Numbered from the stretch's first letter, positions 51,545-64,000 are shown. The stretch: DNA of 64,000 bases from Pristiophorus japonicus (GCF_044704955.1 NC_091990.1:8866001-8930000); one strand, 5' to 3'. The notes: a model not told the origin generated them from the letters alone. Numbers and translations: made by a program.

Positions 51545-54500
51545 GCTGTGGCTCAGTGCGCAGCACTCTCCCGAGGCCAAAGGTCGTGGGTTCACAATCT
51601 CACTCCAGAGACTTGAGCACATAATCTAGGCTGACACTCCAGTGCAGTACTGAGGGAGCGCTGCACTGTCGGAGGGGCAGTACTGGGGGAGCACTGCACT
51701 GTCGGAGGGGCAGTACTGAGTGAGCACTGCACTGTCGGAGGGGCAGTACTGGGGGAGTGCTGCACTGTCGGAGGGTCAGTACTGAGGGAGCGCTGCACTG
51801 TCGGAGGGTCAGTACTGAGGGAGTGCTGCACTGTCGGAGGGGCAGTACTGAGGGAGTGCTGCACTGTCGGAGGGGCAGTACTGAGGGAGCGCTGCACTGT
51901 CGGAGGGTCAGTACTGAGGGAGCGCTGCACTGTCGGAGGGTCAGTACTGAGGGAGCGCTGCACTGTCGGAGGGTCAGTACTGAGGGAGCGCTGCACTGTC
52001 GGAGGGTCAGTACTGAGGGAGCGCTGCACTGTCGGAGGGTCAGTACTGAGGGAGTGCTGCACTGTCGGAGGGTCAGTACTGAGGGAGTGCTGCACTGTCG
52101 GAGGGGCAGTACTGAGGGAGCGCTGCACTGTCGGAGGGGCAGTACTGAGGGAGCGCTGCACTGTCGGAGGGTCAGTACTGAGGGAGCGCTGCACTGTCGG
52201 AGGGCCAGTACTGAGGGAGCGCTGCACTGTCGGAGGGTCAGTACTGAGGGAGTGCTGCACTGTCGGAGGGGCAGTACTGAGGGAGTGCTGCACTGTCGGA
52301 GGGGCAGTACTGAGGGAGTGCTGCACTGTCGGAGGGGCAGTACTGAGGGAGTGCTGCACTGTCGGAGGGGCAGTACTGAGGGAGTGCTGCACTGTCGGAG
52401 GGTCAGTACTGAGGGAGCGCTGCACTGTCGGAGGGTCAGTACTGAGGGAGCGCTGCACTGTCGGAGGGTCAGTACTGAGGGAGTGCTGCACTGTCGGAGG
52501 GGCAGTACTGAGGGAGTGCTGCACTGTCGGAGGGGCAGTACTGAGGGAGTGCTGCACTGTCGGAGGGGCAGTACTGAGGGAGCGCTGCACTGTCGGAGGG
52601 TCAGTACTGAGGGAGCGCTGCACTGTCGGAGGGTCAGTACTGAGGGAGTGCTGCACTGTCGGAGGGGCAGTACTGAGGGAGCCCCGCACTGTCGGAGGGG
52701 CAGTACTGAGGGAGCGCTGCACTGTCGGAGGGGCAGTACTGAGGGAGCGCTGCACTGTCGGAGGGTCAGTACTGAGGGAGCGATGCACTGTCGGAGGGGC
52801 AGTACTGAGGGAGTGCTGCACTGTCGGAGGGTCAGTACTGAGGGAGCGATGCACTGTCGGAGGGTCAGTACTGAGGGAGCGATGCACTGTCGGAGGGGCA
52901 GTACTGAGGGAGTGCTGCACTGTCGGAGGGGCAGTACTGAGGGAGCGATGCACTGTCGGAGGGTCAGTACTGAGGGAGCGCTGCACTGTCGGAGGGGTAG
53001 TACTGAGCGAGTGCTGCACTGTCGGAGGGTCAGTACTGAGGGAGCGATGCACTGTCGGAGGGGCAGTACTGAGGGAGTGCTGCACTGTCGGAGGGGCAGT
53101 ACTGGGGGAGCGCTGCACTGTCGGAGGGGCAGTACTGAGTGAGCACTGCACTGTCGGAGGGGCAGTACTGGGGGAGCGCTGCACTGTCGGAGGGGCAGTA
53201 CTGAGGGAGTGCTGCACTGTCGGAGGGGCAGTACTGAGGGAGCGCTGCACTGTCGGAGGGGCAGTACTGAGGGAGTGCTGCACTGTCGGAGGGTCAGTAC
53301 TGAGGGAGCGCTGCACTGTCGGAGGGTCAGTACTGAGGGAGTGCTGCACTGTCGGAGGGGCAGTACTGAGGGAGTGCCGCACTGTTGGAAAGGCAGTACT
53401 GAGGGAGCGCCGCACTGTCGGAGAGGCAGTACTGAGGGAGTGCTGCACTGTCGGAGGGGCAGTACTGAGGGAGTGCTGCACTGTCGGAGGGGCAGTACTG
53501 AGGGAGCGCTGCACTGTCGGAGGGTCAGTACTGAGGGAGCGCTGCACTGTCGGAGGGTCACTACTGAGGGAGCGCTGCACTGTCGGAGGGGCAGTACTGA
53601 GGGAGCGCTGCACTGTCGGAGGGGCAGTACTGAGGGAGTGCTGCACTGTTGGAAAGGCAGTACTGAGGGAGTGCCGCACTGTCGGAGAGGCAGTACTGAG
53701 GGAGTGCTGCACTGTCGGAGGGGCAGTACTGAGGGAGCGCTGCACTGTCGGAGGGGCAGTACTGAGGGAGTGCTGCACTGTTGGAAAGGCAGTACTGAGG
53801 GAGCGCCTCACTGTCGGAGAGGCAGTACTGAGGGAGTGCTGCACTGTCGGAGGGGCAGTACTGAGGGAGTGCTGCACTGTCGGAGGGGCAGTACTGAGGG
53901 AGCGCTGCACTGTCGGAGGGGCAGTACTGAGGGAGTGCTGCACTGTCGGAGGGTCAGTACTGAGGGAGTACTGCACTGTCGGAGGGGCAGTACTGAGGGA
54001 GCACTGCACTGTCGGAGGGGCAGTACTGAGGGAGTGCTGCACTGTCGGAGGGGCAGTACTGAGGGAGCACTGCACTGTCGGAGTAGCAGTACTGAGGGAG
54101 CGCTGCACTGTCGGAGGGTCAGTACTGAGGGAGCGCTGCACTGTCGGAGGGTCAGTACTGAGGGAGCGCTGCACTGTTGGAGGGTCAGTACTGAGGGAGC
54201 GCTGCACTGTCGGAGGGTCAGTACTGAGGGAGCGCTGCACTGTCGTAGGGGCAATATTGAAGGAGTGCCGCACTGTCGGCTGGGCAGTACTGAGGGAGCG
54301 CTGCATTGTCGGAGGGACAGTACTGAAGGAGTACTGCACTGTTGAAAGGTCAGTACTGAGGGAGCGCCGCATTATCGGAGGTACCGACTTTTGGATGAGA
54401 TGTTAGTCCGAGGTCCCGTCTGCTCTCTGAGGTGGACGTAAGAGATCCCACGGCACTATTCAAAGAGCAGGAGAGTTCTTCCCGGTGTCCTGGCCAATAT

Positions 54501-54700
54501 TTGTCCCTGAACCAACATCACTAGAACAGATTATCTGGTCATTATCACACTGCTGTTTGTGGGAGCTTGCTGTGCACAAACTGGCTGCCGTGCTTCCTAC
54601 ATTACAACAGTGACTACACTTTAAAAGTACTTAATTGGCTGTAAAGCGCTTTGAGACGTCCGGTGGTCGTGAAAGGCGCCATAGAAATGCAACTCACTTC
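51545..54700 (+). mobile_element. Full-length Deu-domain SINE with internal tandem expansion
   Basis: A-box TGGCTCAGTG and B-box-like GGTTCACAATC at 51549-51599; body resumes after the array at ~54380; L2-like tail. Confidence 0.88.
51645..54380. repeat. 33-bp minisatellite, ~83 copies
   Basis: Unit CAGTACTGAGGGAG(C/T)GCTGCACTGTCGGAGGG(G/T). Confidence 0.97.
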
Positions 54701-55388
54701 TTTTTTCTGCAGTTTAAGATTTAAAAGGCAGAAAACTGCTCAAATCTTTAAATTAATTTCACAACATAGTCAATGTGATCAAAGAGGACAGATAGCTTTC
54801 AGGGATTTTCTGTAAGTCATAATGCTAATATTTAAAATCAAATTACCGAACACATATCATCTTCAACCACCTTCCACATACCAGTAAGACATGCCCCAGA
54901 AAGCGAAACTTGGTCCACTATTGAAATGATTTGCCACTAAAAGTTCCTTCCTAGGAGAAACTACTTGCAAACAGATCCTTCTCAAAAGGAACTGCACCCG
55001 GCAGTGGAGTGGCTTCTGGTTATGTGCCGAGTGTTCTCATTTTAAAAACTAATAGGCACATTTTCTTATTCACATCATCCTCCATGCAAGGCTGTTCAAA
55101 ACAGACCTGCTGAAAATCAAACCCCCTTTTGCAGAAAGATACAAAGAGGCGTTTGGGTGAAATGTGAGGATGTGTAAAGTAGTATTGCTCGAAGTGGTGC
55201 TACATTCTAATCTAGCAAAGACATGCAGCAACTTCCAACTTTGGACAAACCGAAACGCAGCCACTCGCTGCTCAACAAGATGCTGTGAACTTTCCGAAAG
55301 GTGGCTTTAATGGTCAATGTCAAAGGAAAAACAATTCCCTTCCTTTGTTCCTGGTTTCTAGATAAAATTCAAAAGAAGTTCAAATTAC

Positions 55389-55479
55389 CTTATTGAGCAA
55401 CTCTTTCAGATCCTCCTGCGTTTTCACTATTTTCTTCCAGTGTTCAATCTGTTCATCCTTCACGTGCTTCTCCTGCAGT
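55389..55479 (-). CDS. KDM1A: KDM1A exon 10 (91 bp), Tower domain
   Basis: tgttag|[30 protein letters not shown]|gtaatt. Confidence 0.96.
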
Positions 55480-55816
55480 CTAACAAGGTTTCAAACTATT
55501 GTTTTAACAGTCAATATTTTGGGTTTATTGCCAGTTACCACCTCATTATGTTGTTAATAATTACATTACAACAGTGACTACGCTTCAAAAGTACTTTGGG
55601 ATGTCATGAGGTTGTGAAAGGCGCTATATGAATGCAAGTCTTTCTTCAATATTCATTACTTTAACCTCACTACATCTTCTGCTGTACAATTGTTGAAGAG
55701 AATCAATACTTGGGGAGAAAGGCAGGTTCTAAAGACACAACATTTTTGAACATCTTTTTCTTGGACCAAAAGCAAGTATGTAAGTGTGTGAAGTCGATGT
55801 AAAGACCCAATACTCA

Positions 55817-55984
<168 letters not shown>

Positions 55985-56904
55985 TTACCCAGAAGAGCAG
56001 AGACAGGATCATTTATTTATGCAAGAATGCACAGCAGCCTTGTCAGTAATACCAAGATATCCATTCAGAGCAGAGTTTAGCAGTACCGTGTGTTTATCGG
56101 GTTACACACCCACCAAAAAAAAAGCTACAAATATAATTTATTTTAGGAGAGCAGAGTTTTCAGAACTAACCCATCCCGACAAAGAGTTGTCTCATTTTGA
56201 AGTTCCTCAACGGAAATCCTCACAGGCCTGAGTGTCGGTGATCAAGAAATGCTGAAAGTGGAAAAATGACAGTCCCCAAAGAGTACAGTGCTCTGGAGGT
56301 CCAGCGCAGGCCGCTCAGCAGCTTTTCAATGGGAAAACCACGCCTGCACGGAAGTGTGAATGGGACACGCAGCCCGTCAAAGGGGTCACGCAGCCCAAAC
56401 AATGAGCGGGAACATTGGTCCCGACCGCTTCTAGTGGCCACATTGGTGTCAATGCGATTTCCCTCGATACACGGTGGGCACTGTATGCGATATTTCCATC
56501 GAGGTCATGGGAGTTTCACTATGAATTTGTCAAAGTCGGGGTCAGAAGTCGGAAGGATCCAGGAATCGGTTCAATTCGCTGTCCAGTCCTGTCATTCTAT
56601 TGTTTCCTGGGGAGGAGAGATGAACCGTTGGTTGTTACTTCGGTTTTGACGTCTATGGCAATGGCAAATGATTAGCACCATTTGCCAGATCGAAGCGGCT
56701 GTCCAAGATAGTGGGAACGGAGTACGTGGTGAGGACTGTACCAGATAGGCATACTTGATGCCAAATCACCCGACAGATGAGGAATCCTCAGTCAATCCCA
56801 GTTTATCCATTTGGAAAAAAACACAAACCCCAGCCCACCAAACATCTAGGGCTGTTGCCTCCACTGTCCTACCCGAGAGCATATGTTTGTTGTAAGATTA
56901 AGGA

Positions 56905-58150
56905 GGACTTGCATTTATATAGCGCTTTCCATGACCACCGGGAGTCTCAAAGTGCTTTCCAGCCAATAAAGTACTTTTGGAGTGTGGTCACTGTTGTAAT
57001 GTGGAAAACGTGGCAGCCAATTTGCTCACAGCAAGCTCCCACAAACAGCAATGTGATAATGGCCAGATAATCTATTTTTTGTTATGCTGATTGAGGGATA
57101 ATTATTGGCCAAGACAGCGGGATAACTCCCCTGCTCTTCTTTGAGTCATCATCATCATAGGCAGTCCCTCGGAATCAAGGAAGACTTGTTTCCACTCTTA
57201 GCATGAGTTCTTCGGTGACTGAACAGTCCAATACGAGAACCACAGTCCCTGTCACAGATGGGACAGATAGTCGTTGAGGGAAAGGGTGGACAGGGAGCCT
57301 GGTTTGCCGCACGCTCCTTCCGCTGCCTGCGCTTGATTTCTGCATGCTCTCGGCGATGATACTCGAGGTGCTCAGTGCCCTCCCGGATGCACTTCCTCCA
57401 CTTAGGGCGGTCTATGGCCAGGGGGACTCCCAGGTGTCAGTGGGGATGTCGCACTTTATCAGGGAGGCTTTGAAGGTGTCCTTGTAATGTTTCCTCTGCC
57501 TGCCTTTGGCTCGTTTACCGTGGACGAGTTTCGAATAGAGCGCTTGCTTTGGGAGTCTTGTGTCTGGCATGCGAACGCCTGCCCAGCGGAGCTGACCAAG
57601 TGCGGTCAATGCTTCAATGCTGGGGATGTTCGCCTGGACAAGGACGCTAATATTTGTGCATCTATCCTCCCAGGGGATTGGCAGGATCTTGCGGAGACAT
57701 CGTTGGTGGTATTTCTCCAGCGACTTGAGGTGTCTACTGTACATGGTCCACGTCTCTGAGCCATACAGGAGGGTAATACTACGGACCTGTAGACCATGAG
57801 TTTGGTGACAGTCTTGAGGGACTGGTCTTCAAACACACTTTTCCTCAGGCAGCCGAAGGCTGCACTGGCGCACTGGAGGCAGTGTTGGATCTCGTCGTCA
57901 ATGCCTGTTCTTGTTGATAGGAGGCTCCCGAGATAGAGGAAGTGGTCCACGTTGTCCAGGGCCACGCCGTGGATCTTGATGACTGGGGGGCAGTGCTGTG
58001 CGCCGAGGACAGGCTGGCGGAGGACCTTTGTCTTATTAATGTTTAGCGTAAGGCCCATGCTTTCATATGCCTCGGTAAATACGTCTTTGAAATAGTGCCA
58101 CAGGATCTCTTACATCCACCTGGGCCTTGGTTTAACGTCTCATCTGAAAG
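56905..58150 (-). mobile_element. DeuSINE interrupted by an RTE LINE (57146-58083)
   Basis: SINE sequence continues on both sides; TCTTTGA duplicated at the RTE ends. Confidence 0.88.
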
Positions 58151-58309
58151 ATGTATATTAGGAAACTAAAACAATATAAAAGCAAAAACAAGTCACACTG
58201 GAAGGTGGTCACCACAAGCTAAGATAAACCAGTGGACCTCAACTTGAAGTTCACGTTCTCTGGGCATTCAGATTGAAAGATTAAGAATGTCAGCACGACT
58301 AATTAATTG

Positions 58310-58705
58310 TTTTTATTATTCGTTCACGGGATGTGGGCGTCGATGACAAGGCCAGCATTTATTGTCCATCCCCAATTGCCCTCGAGTGGCTCGCTGGGCC
58401 ATTTCAGAGGGCAGTGAAGAGTCAACCACATTGCTGTGTGTCTGGAGTCACTTATAGACCAGGCCAGGTAAGGATGGCAGATTTCCTTCCCTAAAGGACT
58501 TTGGTGAACCAGATGGGTTCTTACGACAATCTGGTAGTTTCATGGTCACCATTACGGACGCTGGCTTTTTATTGCAGGTTTGTTTAATTAACTGAACTTA
58601 AATTCCACAGCTGCTGTGGAGGGGTGTGAACTCACGTCTCTGGATCATTAGTTCAGGCCTCTGGATTACTGGTCCGGTAACCTTACCACGATGCTAACGC
58701 TTCCT
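58310..58705 (-). mobile_element. tRNA-derived SINE with a LINE-shared tail
   Basis: tRNA-like head near 58620-58700; tail GGGCAATT..CAATAAATGCTGGCCTTG..GACGCCCACATCCC. Confidence 0.7.
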
Positions 58706-59441
58706 TAAGAATTAAGAAATGTTGCCTTATTTAAGTTATTTAAATATTTATCTGATTTGTTTCTTTAAATTAAAAAAAAACAGAATATTGGGATAAAAGG
58801 CCATGAACATAAAATATAAATTTTCATCAATACAGTAGTTGTTACATCCCAATGAAGTGAATTCTGACCAATGAATCACTTTTGTATAATAAGCACTCTT
58901 GTGCCTGCACACTTCCTATGTCCACACGTGATAGTAACAGCCTTTCTAAACCTGTCAAGCTGCAATGGCATCCTCCCAAGGGTTGTGGCAGCAGTTCGTC
59001 ATTTGCGCATCTCCCAGCTATACTGTCGACAAACACCTGTGCTCCAGCCCATTCTACTTCGGACTCCCAAATTGCCATACGTTTTGCTATTTAAGTAAAT
59101 AATATTAAAGCAAAGTAATAAATAAAAATAAGGACAGAATGCATGACTTTAAAATTGGGACTGAATTACATCAGTGGCCCTAATCAAATTATACCTTGCT
59201 TCACTCGAAGGCTACACCTCCGTGGGAGATTGACCAGTATTAATTATGCAGCTATAACTATCAGATGAGGTTGATGCAGCTCTGAGGGTTGTTATACTGT
59301 AAACCACATCCACACTTTGTAATTATCCAAAATCCTAACACCTTCAAATAAGTGGACAGTGTTTTCTCTCGCTGCAATTACTTCCTGCTTGCTGCAAGAT
59401 TTCATAACATATGCCAGTTAGTAAAAAGTAAAAATACATAC

Positions 59442-59459
59442 GTTTGTGCATCTTTCTCC
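59442..59459 (-). CDS. KDM1A: Candidate KDM1A alternative microexon 8a-like (18 nt, GERCTN)
   Basis: aag|GGAGAAAGATGCACAAAC|gtatgt; phase 0/0, in frame between GQA and VPK; long upstream pyrimidine tract and branch-like CTAAT with no intervening AG. Confidence 0.75.
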
Positions 59460-59574
59460 CTTCATTAGGATCCAATTCCAAACATCAGGAATGACAGAAA
59501 AAAAGGGGAGAAAAAAAAGAGTCATTAGTGCCTTGACCAGTGACCACATTTTTGAAATGTTCAACGTTTAAACA

Positions 59575-59990
59575 AACAAACAAACTTGCATTTCTATAAT
59601 GCCTTGTAGCGTCTCTCAGCTCAAAACACTTCCTGTACAATGAATCACTCAGAAGTGTAACCACTGCTGTTATGTAGGTAGCAAAACAGTAATCAAAATG
59701 AATGAGCAGCTAATCTATTTTTGGTTGTCTTGACTGAGGGACAAATGATCAGCAGCAGCACACTGGGAGAACTCCCTGCTCTTCCTCCAATCATGCTGAG
59801 GTATTACCACTTCAGTTCTTCAAATTTTAGGTCTCATCTGAAAGCTGGCATCTCCAACAAAGCAGCACTCCCTCAGCACTGCATAGAAGTCTCAGCTCTA
59901 GATTACGTGCTCCGGTTCGGGAGCTTGGCTTCAAACCACAACCTTCTGATTCAGAGGCCAGAATGCTATCAAATGAGCCAAGCTCAGAGT
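59575..59990 (-). mobile_element. Degraded DeuSINE
   Basis: Diverged match to the 51545-54700 head and tail. Confidence 0.7.
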
Positions 59991-60697
59991 TCATTTAGAA
60001 TGCAAACAGTTCTCATACTGTCAATGAGCACGTGCAATGTACTGCATGCCAGGAGAAAAAGTTTAGCACAAGATTAACATTTTTTTTTTACTTTGCACTC
60101 AGTACTATCAAGTTCCCCAAGTCAGGTGTTACATGACTCTGAAGCAATTCTGAGCTTTCCTATGCACACTTCAACTGCACTAGCACTATCAACGGAGCAC
60201 TAGCTATACCATCATCTTCACTCACCAAAAGTCTCAATCCCTGTGGCTCATCTGAGCAAATATTCTGGCAATGAGTCAATTAGGAATGTTGTATACTAAA
60301 CAGAGCAGGTATAGGACTCAGTGAATGCTACTGCAATTCCAATAGTTGTTAGTCTTTGCCCAACTCTCTGTCCTGTGTCCTGAACATAAAGGAAGACTTT
60401 TTTTTGCACGACTATCTCGAAGCCTGGATTACTCACTGAAATTCAGAGTAAGCTGAACGCAACATTTCCAGAAATAGTTATTAAGAACGTAATGACAACT
60501 AGCCAGCAAACGTATAATTACTTAATGAAAAAAAAATGTTACAAAGCTTTTTATAAAATGCATGCTAATGACATATACTTGACATTAGGTTTTCTATCCC
60601 GACAACCTCAATATGGCTTCTGGATACAGAGTAAACCGTGTTTAACTATTACAAGCCTGTTGTATTTGTAATCATAACCCATTATTTTGAGACTTAC

Positions 60698-60792
60698 AGC
60701 CTGCCCATTTGCCTCATACAGCGGACACTTTTGCTTTATTTTAGCCAGTTCCATGTTTACTTGCTTGCTGACCACTGCCATTGGGTTTCCAC
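60698..60792 (-). CDS. KDM1A: KDM1A exon 8 (95 bp)
   Basis: ctgcag|[31 protein letters not shown]|gtaagt; ends in phase 0. Confidence 0.97.
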
Positions 60793-60949
60793 CTGCAGAA
60801 CAAAAGAACAAAGCCAACAAATTTTGTATCAATCATTTTTTAATAAGGTGGGCGAACAAGAGCGAGAGAAGAGCAGAATAAAGAAGAAGAAAACTGCATG
60901 TGATTGTCCTTGGACAGACCCCATTAGAGTAATGCATTCAGCTTCGGGC

Positions 60950-61430
60950 AGCATACCTCAGGATTGAGAAACTGGCCATGGACGGCTTACAGTGCAGGTT
61001 CACCATAGCAACAGCGAGGCTCTGGGTACACTGAGGGCAGGTCGCATAAACTTGGCTTTTATTCCTTTAAGTTTAGAATGTTGAAGGGTGATCTAATCAA
61101 GATATTTGAAATGATAAAGATGATTCGATATACAGAGCAACTATTTCCTGTGGTGGGGGAATCCGGAATAGGGGACGTAATAGAATTACAGCTATGACAT
61201 TTAGAAATGAAATCAGGAAACATTTTCTCCAGAAAATGTCATGGAAATCTGGAACTCTCTCTCCAAAAGACTGTGGATGCTGAGTCAGTTGAAATTTTCA
61301 AGATTGATCTAGATTTTTGTTAAGTAAAGGTATCAAGGATACGGAGCAAAGACAGGTAAAAGGCAGTTGATGTACAGATCAGCCATGATCGAAAAGGATG
61401 ATGGAACAGGCTCGAGGGGCTGAATGTTCC
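60950..61430 (+). mobile_element. Older CR1 3' fragment
   Basis: Decayed CR1 C-terminus and 3' UTR. Confidence 0.75.
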
Positions 61431-61500
61431 CATTTAATTTGTAAAGCCACATATTTAGTCTCCTCCCAAATCATATCCCAAAAATGAGAAACAAAAATCA

Positions 61501-61620
<120 letters not shown>

Positions 61621-61969
61621 TTAAAAGATTATGAAGGGGCTAAGTGTGTTTATATCTATATATAACATTGTTGAGTGTAGCTCATATTGGGATTTGGGTT
61701 CGTCGCGACAGTCACACTTGCACATTTCCACCACCAGCTCCTGACCCCTATACCCACACTTGCAGCATCATTAATACACGGAGGGAAAGTAGCTTTGCCC
61801 GGACTTTCCGTGGTCAAAATCACAGGAAATCCACTGGTACATTAAAAAAAATAATTTGATGAAAATCAAAAAAAATCCTTCCGCAATGACCAACACGTTC
61901 ACAAGTTTAAACTTAATTCTGACAGAGGAAGGCAACTTGACCACCATAACCCTTCACTCCCTTATCGTT

Positions 61970-62296
61970 CAGGGGCCCAGAAGAGGCGAGGGCCCAGGGG
62001 CAGCACGGGCCCAGCCCACACTGCGATATGTGTGCACACTAGGTCCGTGCAGCAGAGCTGGTCTCCAGTCGGCTTGGTTAACCCTTGCTACTGGGCCAAG
62101 ACCTAGCTCTGTCGAGCCCGTGTGGTGGCTGGTGTGCAACAGTCACCACACGTTAAAAAAATCCACGCACAGGCATCTTCCACCCTGCAGGATGTAGTTC
62201 GGGATCTGGAATTTTAGGTCCTTCATTGAAACACCTGTGAATTTTTTGACGTGGAAGCAAGTCATTCTCGATTCGAGGGACTGCCTATGATGATGA
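61970..62296 (+). mobile_element. Bipartite non-autonomous RTE element
   Basis: Matches the 29575 and 30230 copies; (ATG)n tail. Confidence 0.82.
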
Positions 62297-63199
62297 GCTT
62301 GCAATGTCTGCTTTATCCAATAACGGCCAATAAGCAATCATATGGGGAAATAAATCTGTATCTGAGGACATGTTCATTTTTAAAACGTGACCATTAATGG
62401 ATAATGGTATTACTGTCAGATCATCAACTCAACTTATACCAACCCAGCAAGCCAATTCTCTCAGGAGATGGTGACAACTGTTCAGCTCTCTCAATGATTG
62501 AAGTATTGATCAAGGTTCAGATGTACCAGGACATCTGAACATGACTGACAGTGGCACATCATATTCTCAAGTAGGGAAAGTTCCACATTTAAAGATTCAG
62601 TTTTACACATTCCCACAGATTATTGTACTAATGGATGTGATAAAACAAGAGCTTATTGTATTAAACATTTTTAAAATTTCTGGTGAACTTGGGCTTTCTA
62701 TATTTTAGGTAGATTAATTCCAGTAGCTCGCTAAGTATACCAAGTATTTCACTTGTTTTATATACAAGTCTGCAGGTAAAACAAAAGTGCTGTGTCCTCC
62801 AATGGCCAGCATTCACACCGGCAGCACACCGAGCGAGCCAGTACTTGCTCTTCCCTCCACCGGTGAAGCTACCAACCACAGTAAAGTCTTTCTTCCATTG
62901 GATTGTCAGGAAATGGGAAAACTTGATTCAAAGAAATAGTTGTCCACTCTCCCCTACAAATAGCTATTTTCAAGAATGCCATCGTGCTCAAGTGCTCCTG
63001 AATGACTATTCTTAGTAAAAGTATGAGGAAACAATTTTTACACGTCTGTGCACTAAACTTCAACTTTGGGGTAAAAAGCTAGGTCGATTATGATTTTCAT
63101 TTTGTTAAATAAAGTGTCTGTTATTTCACCTGGCTCTTTTGCTGTATTATAGAAAGGGAAATTTAGACATCACAAAGTTCTCTTGCAAGGTTTTCTTCA

Positions 63200-63352
<153 letters not shown>

Positions 63353-63484
63353 TTACTGGCCAAAGGAAACACAGATCAACAATATAGTCCAAGATCATCC
63401 AAACTACTAGAGCGTCCTAACTTTATATAGATTTTCTAGTTCATTTGGTGTATCTTTTGGTACTATCTTCCCTCCCTCCACCCT

Positions 63485-64000
63485 GCCATGAACTTTTCTC
63501 TAGCCGCCGATTCCATCCCCTTCCCTGGCCATTGTCTCAGCCTGAACCAGACGGTTTGCAACCTTGGCGTCCTATTTGATCCTGAGCTGAGCTTCTGACC
63601 CTATATCCTCTCCATCACCAAGACTGCCTACTTCCACCTCCGACCCTGCCTCAACCAACCTACTGCTGAAACCCTCATCTGTGCTTTGTTGTCTACTATG
63701 CCAATGCTTCCCCAGCTGTCTTCCCATCTTCCACTCTCCTTAAACTTGAGCTCACCCAAAACTCTGCTGCCTGTATTCTAACTCACATCGAGTCCCGCTC
63801 ACCCATCACCCCTCTGCTCACTGACCTACATTTCTGCCGGTCCACCAACACTTTAAATTTAAAATTCTCATCCTCGTGCTCAAATCCCTCCATGGCCTCG
63901 CCCCTATTCCTGTAACCTCTTCCAGCTCTACAACCCTTCGAGAAGTCGGAGTTCTTCCAATGCTGGCCTCTTGTGCCCCCCACACTTCCTTCTGACCATC
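63485..64000 (+). mobile_element. L2 LINE 3' region (runs off window)
   Basis: LNQTVCNLGVLFDPELSF-like coding remnant. Confidence 0.8.

Noticed and set aside
51592-54372. 926-aa, 653-aa, 461-aa and 378-aa ORFs as mucin-like or Cys-rich genes
   Set aside because: They are open on both strands only because a 33-bp repeat lacks stops; the array lies inside a SINE within a KDM1A intron.
51645-54380. CRISPR-like array
   Set aside because: Contiguous tandem units with no unique spacers, in vertebrate DNA.
59195-59211. Alternative microexon candidate tag|CCTTCGAGTGAAGCAAG|gtat in intron 8
   Set aside because: 17 nt (frameshifting), with no pyrimidine tract.

Overview
This is eukaryotic, repeat-rich vertebrate DNA. 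The CR1/L2/RTE LINE and Deu-domain SINE repertoire points to a cartilaginous fish (shark); the species cannot be fixed from sequence alone. The one clearly supported gene is KDM1A/LSD1 (lysine-specific histone demethylase 1A) on the minus strand. Fourteen constitutive coding exons (human-numbering exons 6-19) run from 63330 down to the stop at 21551; the 5' exons lie beyond the right edge. They splice into one continuous reading frame; all internal introns are GT-AG except intron 11, which has a GC donor. Almost all long ORFs in the supplied track are decayed LINE fragments or stop-free tandem repeats. Main observations: (1) an in-frame 18-nt microexon (GERCTN) in intron 8 at the position of the mammalian neuronal exon 8a, apparently matching the teleost 8a-like exon; (2) a ~270-bp A-tailed insert in intron 16 built from rearranged U2 snRNA modules, a candidate U2-derived SINE; (3) a multi-copy bipartite non-autonomous RTE element; (4) a 2.7-kb minisatellite that arose inside a single DeuSINE; (5) a solo LTR carrying a CTCF-like motif. 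Repeat boundaries are approximate and repeat family names are by recognition, not database search.
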